Shown here: positions 54,195-64,000 of the stretch, piece after piece | Layout of the letters: the number at the start of each line of letters is the position of its first letter | Position numbering within the stretch: the stretch's first letter is position 1 | From: Phyllosticta citribraziliensis | Lineage: Eukaryota | Direction of reading: 5' to 3' | Assembly (NCBI RefSeq): GCF_038025025.1 | Contig: NW_027117345.1 | Coordinates: forward strand, 744,001-808,000 | Length of the DNA stretch: 64,000 nt | The notes under the pieces: generated by a model | What the model was told of the DNA's origin: nothing | Database searches by the model: none | Seen by the model: the letters and a program-made list of their open reading frames with translations, nothing else | Position numbers and translations under genes: made by a program

Positions 54195-55791
54195 ATGGCC
54201 AAGCCGAAGCGTTCCAAGACTTTGGCAGAACAGCTCGCCGACCTCGACGGTCCAGCGCCCAAAGGTCAGCCTCCACGCCCTACCCTGTTCGCGGGAAAGC
54301 GCGTTTTCTAACCATCTTGACCAGACTTCGATCCTGAGGAGCCCGACACTTTCGCGAGCGGCAGCGATGACTCGGAGAGCGGCGAGGATAACACCGTCGC
54401 TGCGAGGGAACACTATGTCGAAGTTGGGTGGGTAGTCTTCTGGGAAACCCGTTGCAAGACACTCGCTGATCCGGAACAGAGAGAGCAAGCTGCGCAAGAA
54501 GGACGCTGCTCCGCTAGGGCCCAAGTACAAAGGTTCCCGCGTCACGCGGGATGCCATCGAAGACGACGAAAGTGACGACCCTTTAAGCAAGGGATTCGAA
54601 GACGGAAGCGACGAAGAGGATGGAGATGACCTGTCGCAGGATGGCACTGGAACCGAAGATGAAGAGAATGATGAGGAGAACAGCGACTTCTCAGACGAGG
54701 ACGAAGAAGAGAAGGAAGATGGGTCTGGCTCCAGCGACGAAGACGAAGAAATGGATGGCGCAAAGCCGAACAAGGGAGCCTTTGATCGCTCCGAGCTGCG
54801 CAAGATTGTGAGCGAAGAGCAAAAGACGGTGGCTGCGACGCTCTCCGAGGCTGCTCGAGCTGATGCCGAAAAAGGTCGCGCTGTGAAGACGCAGCGCAAG
54901 ACTTTCGACTCGCTCCTCAACACTAGGATCAGGTTGCAAAAGGCCCTTGTCGCGACCAACTCGATGGTCGCCCAACAAGCTGCAAATACCGACGGCAGCA
55001 GCGACGGCCACGACGACCCAGTCCGGGCAGCCGAGGAGGCAGCTTGCAATCTTTGGAACACCTTGAACGACCTCCGTGAGAGTCTCTACATCTCGCGGAC
55101 GGGTGAGAAGCGGAAAAGGGTTGAAATCAGCACATCAACACCGGTTCAAGAAGCGTGGATCCATATGAATTCCTACGAAGATGCGAGTGTACCGCATCGT
55201 CAAGTTGTCATGGAAAAATGGAATGCCAAAGCTCGAGGCGTCAGTGCTCTCTCGACCAAGAGTAAACTCAACAACACGGCGCAACAGGGCTTGATAGACG
55301 TGCTCGCCTCGCAATTGGCTGATTCGACACGTCTGGTACAAAAGACGCGCATGCCGCGCTCGTGCGCCCCGGTCCAGGCAAACGCCGGCGTCACGGAGTC
55401 TGCCGAAATCTTTGACGACGCGGACTTCTATGGCTTGTTGCTCAAGGAGTTGTTGGAACGGCGCAGTGAAGAGAGCGCATCTGGTGCTCTTGCTGGCATG
55501 AGTTTCAACGTCCCGCACTGGCAAGCTGCGCGCGAGGCCAAGACCAAGAAGCATGTGGACACGAGGGCCAGCAAGGGCAGGAAGCTGCGGTACACGGTCC
55601 ATGAGAAGCTTCAGAACTTCATGGCCCCTGAGGATAGGGGGTCGTGGGGAGAGAGGCAAGCAGAGGAACTGTTTACCGGCCTGCTTGGCAGAAAAGTCGG
55701 GTTGACTGAAGATGCGGTCGAGGAAGCAGAAAGGAGCGAGGATGAGGATCTCGGAGAGCAAGGTTTGCTACTATTTGGCGGATCAAAATGA
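54195..55791 (+). CDS. BFR2: Bfr2/AATF (TRAUB) small-subunit processome protein
   Basis: Exons 54195-54264, 54325-54427 and 54480-55791; acidic N-region, KGRAVKTQRKTFDSLLNTRIRLQKAL, IFDDADFY..LL, VDTRASKGRKLRYTVHEKLQNFMAP. Confidence 0.95.
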
Positions 55792-55906
55792 GGAGACCCC
55801 TCGAGACGCAATCTCCAGATATAAAATAACATTCAATTATCCAGGGTATCAAACGCCTTCAAGTCATGCCAGTTTTCGTGCCTTCCCAATGCTTCTTCAA
55901 TGCTTT

Positions 55907-57043
55907 CTAGTCGTCATCAGACGCGTAGGCGACGAGTGTGGTGACACTCGTTCGTGAGATACTTGCAGGAATTGGCGACATCTTCTCGGTCTGACCATCC
56001 AAGGAACGGCTGCCATCTGCGTCATCTGCATCCGCGCGCCTCCTCTTGATGCCCGCAATGATGTGGGTAGTCGATCGCGGTTTTTCGGACAGGAAGGGAT
56101 CCAAGGCGGCTCGAGTATTGCCTTCAAGCGTCTGTTGCAGTGCTTTCTTACTGCGTTCGATGCTTTGCGCAGCTTTGGTCTTCCCCCTGGACTTTGGTTG
56201 TGATGGTTCTCTCGAAGTTGTATCTCGTTGATCCTCGTTAGTGCAGTATGGAACCAAGGTCTGCTCACTAACAGACTCACCGAAGAGAGGCCTCTTTGCC
56301 ACACCCAGAAAGTCTCCTTCGTCTTCATCTCGGCCAAACTCGATCATCTTGGCCCTTTCCGCATCCTCTTCTCTTCCGTCAACGATGTCGAAACCAAGTC
56401 CATACTTTTCTTGCAAGCCCTCCTTGAACTCGTCGTCCTTCTCTCTTTCCTTCCTCGCCTCACGAAAAGGCCTCCTCAGACGCTTGTTCGCCGCATACGG
56501 ATCCGCCCAGTCTTTCTCCCTCCACGCCTTCAATTCCTCAATCCGCCGCTCCTCCATCTTGCCCTGTTCTGCCTCGGTCTTCTTCCCTTCAAACGCCGCA
56601 AACGCATCTTGTCTCCTCCGCTCCTTCTCCTCGGCCGTCACTATCTCAAACAGGCCGTCCTTGACATCATGCTGATACAGCTCCTTGGACCCCGTGTCAC
56701 GGCGCCGCGCGCCCTCAGTCACCACGTATTCGCTGTTCTGAGGATCGGTACGAATGGCGATGGTCCCACCGCAGGCCCCGTGTCGCATGCGAAATTCCCA
56801 TATCGGCGTGCTGTGGTACTTGCCCACGCGCTGCTTCTCCGCATTGAAGCGGACGCCCTGGCCAATGATGTTTTCGGGATCGCACGTCGTGCACCAAACG
56901 GCAAAGGGCATCTCGAAGCGAACGGTGAGGATTCCTTGGTTGATCTTGCGCGCGCGCTGCCCGAGAGGATGCGACGACGTGTTGAAGCGCGGCGGAGAGG
57001 ACGTGCTGGGCGCATAGTAGCGCCCCATGTTGAAGCCCTGCAT
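55907..57043 (-). CDS. Cwc16/Yju2-family (DUF572, CCDC130-like) splicing factor
   Basis: Single 378-aa ORF; MQGFNMGRY, VRFEMPFAVWC..C, GVRFNAEK, IRTDPQN.EY motifs followed by a coiled coil. Confidence 0.93.
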   Translation of the reverse strand: MQGFNMGRYYAPSTSSPPRFNTSSHPLGQRARKINQGILTVRFEMPFAVWCTTCDPENIIGQGVRFNAEKQRVGKYHSTPIWEFRMRHGACGGTIAIRTDPQNSEYVVTEGARRRDTGSKELYQHDVKDGLFEIVTAEEKERRRQDAFAAFEGKKTEAEQGKMEERRIEELKAWREKDWADPYAANKRLRRPFREARKEREKDDEFKEGLQEKYGLGFDIVDGREEDAERAKMIEFGRDEDEGDFLGVAKRPLFGESVSEQTLVPYCTNEDQRDTTSREPSQPKSRGKTKAAQSIERSKKALQQTLEGNTRAALDPFLSEKPRSTTHIIAGIKRRRADADDADGSRSLDGQTEKMSPIPASISRTSVTTLVAYASDDD

Positions 57044-58206
57044 TTTGGCGGTTGATTTGGAGGAGCCCTGATAGAGGTTGGATGCCTTTGTCCAAGTCGG
57101 AACTTGAAGATCGGTGTGGAGAACAGAGACGTCGGGTTATGCGCGTGGAAGCGGTGTTGAAAACGGTCAGGGAACATGGATGGATCATCCATGGATCCAT
57201 GGCTGGTTCGGAGCCTGTGAATGTCCGAAACGCCGATGCGCATCAGAACTGGGCTTTCACGTGAAGGCGCTAACGTCGCCCAATTAGGCAGTTTTGCGCA
57301 AGCGAGGATCACGAACGTTGAAGACCACGAACATTGAACTGCGATCTTGTACTTGGAAGATGGACAAAGGTGTACTTGGAATCAACGTCTCTGAGATTCC
57401 CAGATAGTCGTGCGTTGTTGATAATTGTCTATCCTCGAAATTGGACCATCTTCATTGTCCCCGTTCAATCATGATGCCAGCAGCAAAAATTTGCTTGACA
57501 CCGGCGGAACGTCCTCTTACGTACAGTGGCAAGATCCGGCTAGACCTTAAAGGTGATATGGCAAAGGAACTATCGTTTGCTCTGCGAATTTCCTTGAGGA
57601 ATTCAAGGAGCACAGCCTGTGACGCATCCCTTTGTTGGCAGCCTTTCCTCCTTGCTTTCTTTCTTGTGCGAGTGCCGCCCATGTCGGCCAAAGAGAAGTT
57701 GGAACTGGAGCTGTGTCCACCAGCTGGAGTATCCTACATTGGAGACGGACTATGCTTCATGTTTGACCTGGTGTGAGAGGTGGTATTGAAAAGGCGGACC
57801 AATGTATGCAGGGTCGAAGGTTGGAAAAAGGGAAGACTCCCGCAAAAACGTCCTCATCGCAAATCTCCTGAGCGCTCCACCCCGTGGCCGAGGAAGCGCC
57901 CTTCTTCGACAAAAAACCGAGCGTCTTGAGAAGCGGAGAAGGGAAAGATAAGTGGTTTCCATCGCTATGCATCGCAAAAACATCAACCAAAAGGGACGAC
58001 GGTCAAAATTACCACAATGATCCTCCCGTTATCTTGTGGCCCGATTGGTCTCAAACTAAATCATCTACTGTCCACTGGCTAGCATGAAACTCTGGTAAAA
58101 TATCGACGAGGTATTCGCACGTCCTATTGCATGCGATCGCTTGGTGCCCAGTTTGATGCCCGAAGAAAGGCGGTAGATGCCAAATGGGTCGTGCCCATTT
58201 AGCCAA

Positions 58207-61200
58207 CTACCACATGTCGTGGCCTTCGCCGTCATCTTCGTCATCTTCGTAACTCGGAGTTCTTGCCTGTCCATAGTATGGTTGCTGTTGGTGCGAGTGG
58301 CTTTGGCCAAGGTAATGCTGACCACTCGAGACGCTATAGCCATTGGAAACGGAGCGACCTTGATGTTGGTATTGGGAGGACATGTGAGGCTGGGGTTGTG
58401 GAGAGTGCGGGGATTGTGACTGTTGGTACATGGCATATGATTCCGAACGGTTCTGAGCCATACTCGAGCCTTGGTCATGCTCTGGCGACTCGGCGTGATT
58501 GGCATAGTGTTGCGCAGCTTGGCCGGACCCTTCGTAGGAAGACGAGTCATGTGTATCAGCCTCTGCTTGTTGCTGCATATCATGTTAGTGGCCGTTTGCT
58601 CTCCAATGTTTCGTGGCTCTTACATCTTGATACCGCTGGTAGGTGTTGAATTCTTCAGGCTGCTGCTGCTGCTGCTGCTGCTGTTGACGCCGTTGCTGCT
58701 CTTCCTCCTTCTTCTTCTGCTCCTGGGCCTGACGCTGCTGCTGCTTCTGCTGTGCAGTCTGGCCGATTTGGATGTGTGGGTGCATCTGTTGCACCTTTGC
58801 AAGGTAAGAATACATGAAGTTGCTTAGGAGCACCTGGGAATAGAGTTCACGACGTGGGTTTGCCAGCTTGATGTGAGCCATGCGGTATATTGCGCGTTCC
58901 TCGAGGATGGAGAATCGGGTCCAGTTGTAATCGACGTCTGGCTTGAGAATGCGTGGTGGAGGATCCGGCGAAAGTCCGCGTTGTAAGCTAATTTTCTTGC
59001 CACCAGAATCGCGGTCACCCTTCTTCTTGCTTCCTCCAAATATGGATGAGAAAATGCCCTCCTTCTCCTTCTTTTCCCCGCCAGAAGTCTTGCGGCTGCT
59101 CGTCTTTTGCCGTTCTTCGTCGAGCTTGATGTTATTCCGGTCCAACACGAGGCTTTCCCTTCCGCGCCCCTCGTCAATTGATGACTGCAAGACATCCAGG
59201 CGGGTAGCGTCGTGGGACTTGTCGGTCTTTGTGAGCTTGGATTTGGTCTTTCGCTCTTCCTTGTCCTTCTTATCCTTCTTCTCGGCTTCATCGTCGTCAT
59301 CTTTGTCATTTCCTTTGGCCCGCGAGAACCATCCCCAGCTGGCCTTTCTAGAGCCTCCTTCGGAGCCGTCATCCTTGTCCTTGGACTTTTTGTCTGCTTT
59401 GTCTTTCTTCTCATCAGCAAATGTCGGTATGATGGACAACGAATCCGTCCGGGTGGCACTGGTATGTCCAGGTATTGCCGAGGGGTGAGATGCCATATCA
59501 TCGAGAGTCTGAGTTGGTGGCTTACTGGCCTGGGCTTTCTCCCGCAAACTTTGTCTTCCAGGAGGTGGGCGAGGAACCGGAGTGGGAGGCGGTATCCTTG
59601 GAGAAGTGAGAGCTGGGGGATTCGCCTGTGCGCGATCGACCGAGGACTTTGAGGATTTGCGTTCGGGGTGCTGTGCTGGGATTGGGGGCGGTTGATCCGC
59701 AGGCGGCGGCGTCTCCACGATCTGGGGTATTGGGGAGGCGGGAGTTGATGGTGTTGAACCTGTGGACTCGGGCCTGTTCGCACTGTATCCTGGTAATGTT
59801 GCTGTGGTACGTCCATTAGATCCAATACGTGAGTGGAATGCTCGAGGTTGTTGCGGTGCCATGTCCTCACGGTTTACTGAAGTTTGTTGCGCGGGCTCTT
59901 CTGCCGATCGCGGGCGTGGCTGTTCTGCGCCTGTAGTTTGAAGTCCATTGGAGGGCGAGCGTGTTCTGTGCGGCCGGGAAAAGTTCTGGGGTGATTCATC
60001 TTTGGTGGTGCCGGTATTCGAAGGGATAGGGTCCGTGTGCACTCGTTGCAGACCTAGCTTGATCTCGGGACTAGACGAGGAGACTGGCGACGAAATTGGC
60101 GAGTCTTCGCCATCAGTTAGGTCCCCTTGCCTGTTGGCCATCCTGCGACTAAAAGGTATTCGCTCGCCTTTTCTGAGGCTGCCTCTCCGGTAGTTCGTCC
60201 TGGTTGAACGTTTCAAGCTTTGACCAGCGGGTTTGACGGGGAGGATCGGCACGTCGTCGTTTTCCTGGGATTCTGAACCCGACTCGCCTCCTTCGTTCAA
60301 ACTCACTTTCCTTACTAGGGATGCCGGGTCTTCTGTCAGGCTTTCAAGCTGCTGCAGCGTTGGGTTGTGCGCCATTCCATTTGGCTGGGACAGGGATCTT
60401 TTCCTCTCCAAACGCTCGGCACCATCGTGATAGCCGTTTGGTCCGTCCACCTGCTTCGAGAGCATGGACTTCTTTCTCCGCAATCCACCGACAGACCCAT
60501 CTCTGCTCAAGCCTTCGGGCGACAGCATACCTTCGTCAATGTCTCCGGATCTGCGCCTGTGACTTGCAACCTTTTCCTCGATGAAAGTCTTGAACTCCTT
60601 GGGAGCCAGCTCGGGGTGGACCCTGGCGGGGACCCAAAACATGCGCGAAGGATCGTCATCGTCGGCAGAATGGGAAGGAGCGACGGCGGGCATGGGGACA
60701 TTTGAGGCAAACGAGGGCAGATCTGGATCCGAGCCATGCACGTCCATGGACATTCGTCGTATTGCCTGCAGGTTGCTGAGTTCCTGGGCGACGGCAGCGG
60801 GGCTCGACTGGGCGTCTATGTCCTGAAACTCAAAGGGCTGGTTGGAGCCATCCGAGTCGTGCCTCGTGAATCGCGGGGGCGACATGGGCGACCTGTCGTA
60901 GGCGGCGCTGCGGCGGTTGTGTGTGTTTTCCCTGGGGGAGCCATTTGTGTAGTTGCGGGGTGGCGAGGAGGCGTGAGCGGAGGGAGGGGAGCTGGGGTGT
61001 TGTTGGTAGAACGAGTCGGCGCTGTCAAACGAGTCGGTGGTGGGCGAGCTGATGAAGCTCAAGGGTCTCGATTCGCGGCGAGTGTAGTCATTTTCGCCGT
61101 ACATGTCTCCAATGGCCTCGGTAATGTGGTGGGCGTCGTCGGTTATGGAGAGCTGGGGAGCATGGCCACGCCTGGCCTGGTACAAGCGCTCGAGGTGTTG

Positions 61201-61369
61201 CTTGCGGTCTGAGACCTGAAGGGCGAGAAGGGGGCAGAGGTCAGCGAGGCAGAGCGAGGCGAGACAGACAGCGAGGAAAGGAGGGCGGTGGACAGGACGG
61301 GCGATCTGCTGTGTAGCCCGGGGCCTGCATTTGGGGGAGCGAGCGGAGGGCGGGAGGACCAACCTGCAT
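58207..61369 (-). CDS. ZDS1: Zds1-like PP2A-Cdc55 regulator / telomere silencing protein
   Basis: Exons 61369-61364 (ATGCAG), 61215-58624 and 58572-58207; FWVPARVHPELAP.EFK motif; C-terminal Zds_C domain RFSILEERAIYRMAHIKLANPRRELYSQVLLSNFMYSYL; poly-Q tail. Confidence 0.92.
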
Positions 61370-61545
61370 GGCTGCTCGAGGAATACTGCAGATCCTCGTC
61401 GCGACTCGACCTCGGCGACGTTGCGGTCACAAGGGGGCAGCGGGTGCTGAGCGCGAGCGCAGGCGAGGCTCATGGATCGGGGGGTAGAGGAGCAGAGCAG
61501 ACACCGAGGCTGGGCATGACCGCAGTGCAGCAGAGGAGGGCGCGC

Positions 61546-61596
61546 GGGCGTGGTGGGCGTGGGCGTGGGCGAGGGCGAGGGCGAGGGCGTGGGCGA
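61546..61596 (+). repeat. (GGGCGT/GGGCGA)n hexamer microsatellite
   Basis: About eight units upstream of the ZDS1 start codon. Confidence 0.9.
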
Positions 61597-62333
61597 GAGG
61601 TGAGGATGGTGCGGCGGCGGTGGTGGATACGATGGATTGCAGGTGTGTGGGCGGCGGGTGGTGCTGTGCTGGGGTGGGCTCGGCGGCCGTCCGTCACGTC
61701 GAGAGTCCGACGCCCCCTCGGTCGCGCAGTGGTCTTTTGGGATGGCGCAGAAGGCGAGGAAATGATTTTATTCCCGAGCGCAATCCAGATGAAGTTATCG
61801 ACGTCTGGATGCTGCTCGCTTGTCCCTGTATTGCATGTATGTATGTGTGTATGTATGTATCCAAGGGGTCTGGTCTGGTCCCGCCAGCTCAACTCACCAT
61901 CAAAACCACATGGGCAGGTAGGTACTACTCTGCTCTCACTATACCTTTTCTTCTTCGTCAATATCTGCAGGCTCCATGTTGTCTGCTTAGGCTGATTGAG
62001 TGTGTCTGTAGCTCGCCGTCAGGATGGTGAACCTTATGCTCCTACAATGGGACCGACCCTTCAGTTGGATTTGACAGCTGCCATGCAAATGTCACCACCA
62101 GACGGACGGCATCCTTGCATGGGTCATCAAAGACCAAGGCCCGCCGTGCCTGTCCACGAGCTCGCGAGTTTGCCGTCGTCTCACATCCGTCTTCGCGTCC
62201 GTTGCTGTCCCTGTTTCACGTGCGACCATGCCATGCCATGCCATGAGCTGAGGGAGCTGACGGGACCCGGACGGGACCTCCCACATTTCCCTTCTCGCCC
62301 CATGCCATGGCCACGCCCAGGGCATGCCGCCGC

Positions 62334-62362
62334 CTCTCCTCTCCTCTCCTCTCCTCTCCTCT
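62334..62362 (+). repeat. (CTCTC)n pentamer microsatellite; also (CCATG)4 at 62226-62245
   Basis: Directly visible in the ZDS1-GEM1 intergenic region. Confidence 0.85.
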
Positions 62363-62827
62363 GCCAGTCCAGTCCAGTGGCCCCCGTACCTCTTGGTGGT
62401 TTCCATTATTGTACACCCCTCCTTGTCCCGCTTACCTGGCTCGGCCTCCTACTTACTGTACCTTGGCGACTGCTGCGACGCCGGCGCTTCTGCAGCACCC
62501 ATCACCCCCATCCATCACCGTCTCTCCCGTTGGACCCTCCAAGCGCCGACTTCAAGCCACGCACCGTGCACGAGCCTTCTGCGATGCGCCCGTCGCCCGT
62601 CGGCAAAAAACAACCTGTGCCATTCGCCGTATCCTCCATGTCTAAGCCCCCCGGAACCCAAGAACATGGTGACAAACCTTAATTTTCGCGTGCATCTGCC
62701 GCCGTCATGCTTAACTGCGTGTCCCGCCTGATTTTCTTCACCTTTGCACTGTGACCGCCTTCCGGGATTCTTGGTTCCTCTTGAATGGGAACAAGTTGGA
62801 TCCCGAGACCACATCTGACTTCGGTGG

Positions 62828-64000
62828 CTACACACCTGCAGCATTCTTCCTCCAGATGAATATGAAAGCTGCCGCCGCACATACCGTCGCCCCCAGCGCC
62901 AAGTACAGGCTCGTGTTGTCCACTGGCTCCTCGTCCGACTTGGGAAATGCAGTCGATGGGTGCGTGGCGCATTCAGCAAGCTGCAGCACAGCCGCGGTCA
63001 GCACACTTGCAAGGCAACAGCCGGCGGGTTACTCACATGGACGAAGAATTCGGAAATTGTGCTCCAAGTGACGCTGACGTGCAAAGGTGCCGCCATGTTC
63101 AAGGCGCCCGTGTACTCGTCTGGCTGCAGTTCGCTCCGCTGCATCGTCTTGTCTTGGTCAGCTTTGAGGGCTGTATACACTGCTGGTATGGCGTCGACAT
63201 GAGGATAGCGCCTCCGGAGCTGGACAATGTACTCGAAGCTGTCGGGATCGCTCGAGTCGTACGTGTAGCAGAGCAGGTCGCATGCGTCGAGCTTCGCTTG
63301 ATTCTCCAAAATGGCCGGCTCTAGCTCGCCCAGCTCTTCAAGAATCAGGTAGCACTGCTTCCCGCCTTGAAGCTCGACACTGTTTACGGCCGATCTCGGC
63401 TTGATGGTGGGATGATGCATGCCGCTAAAAGGTCGATTCAAGAATGCATTCAAGAGCGAGCTCTTGCCACTCCCACTCGCCCCCAGCACGTAGCAAAGGA
63501 TTACATTGCGCTCCACTCTCCCCGGCCTGTTGCGCCTCTTGCGCGGTTTAGTGGCTTTCAAAGCGGCAGTTGTTCCACCCCGCTCAGCGCTCTCGAATCC
63601 CAGGTAGGCGAGGTACTCCAGCGTCGTCTTTGGCTCTTCGAATGTCGTCATGCTCCACTGCGCCAACCAGCCCTGCAAGGTAATGTATCCGGCCTCGTTA
63701 CGCACTGCGCACGAAGGGAACGCCGAGTCAACCCAGGATGCGGGCAGCCCTGGCGTGGGAGCAAATAGAGCCGCCAGTTCGGCGTCATTCAGCCCGCCGT
63801 CATTGTCCTTGTCGTGTAGGAGGAATAGGTCTACAAAGAAGCGGTATCCAGCTGGACTTAGCTCGGCAGATGCGTGCTGAGGTACGTCGAACTTGGGGTG
63901 CAAAAAACTGTCCTTCAGACTAAGGCTGTCAGTGTAGTGGAACTTTCTCAGGATGGTCCATATCGTCTCGTGCCGGCCCTTTTCTGCAAAAACCTTGTGT
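62828..64000 (-). CDS. GEM1: Mitochondrial Rho GTPase Miro/Gem1 (3' part; 5' end beyond window)
   Basis: EF hand [25 protein letters not shown], second GTPase domain GASGSGKS; intron 63036-62981; last exon 62980-62828 encodes tail anchor [22 protein letters not shown]. Confidence 0.96.

Noticed and set aside
53793..55761. Long antisense ORFs (422 aa, 208 aa) over BFR2, and similar shadows over other genes
   Set aside because: Shadow frames of genuine genes; Ser-rich because they mirror Glu/Asp codons.
57441..58087. Several short ORFs between the Cwc16-family gene and ZDS1
   Set aside because: No motif or consistent exon structure; likely intergenic or UTR.
61288..61995. 235-aa plus ORF with RG repeats and 163-aa minus ORF with RP repeats
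   Set aside because: By-products of the GGGCGW microsatellite in the GC-rich ZDS1 leader region.

Overview
Fungal (Pezizomycotina, probably Dothideomycete) genomic window with two sharply separated compartments. Bases 1-~49,100 are an extremely AT-rich block of nested Ty3/Gypsy LTR retrotransposons degenerated by repeat-induced point mutation (RIP; CpA/TpG and CpG converted to TpA). I resolved five families (G, A, B, C, D) in eight copies plus one inverted fragment, with LTR pairs, polypurine tracts and three exact 5-bp target-site duplications that give the insertion order. Bases ~49,100-64,000 are a GC-balanced gene-dense block: secreted GH92 alpha-1,2-mannosidase, Ind1/NUBPL Fe-S P-loop NTPase, Bfr2/AATF, a Cwc16/Yju2-family (CCDC130-like) splicing factor, Zds1 and Gem1/Miro (partial). 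Most notable: when RIP is reversed by eye, families C and D, which have different LTRs, each carry a spliced ANTISENSE gene between pol and the 3' LTR that encodes a six-cysteine DUF3716-like domain. Family G appears to carry an unidentified sense ORF of ~1,100 codons after pol. All de-RIPed translations are manual inferences; no database searches were run.
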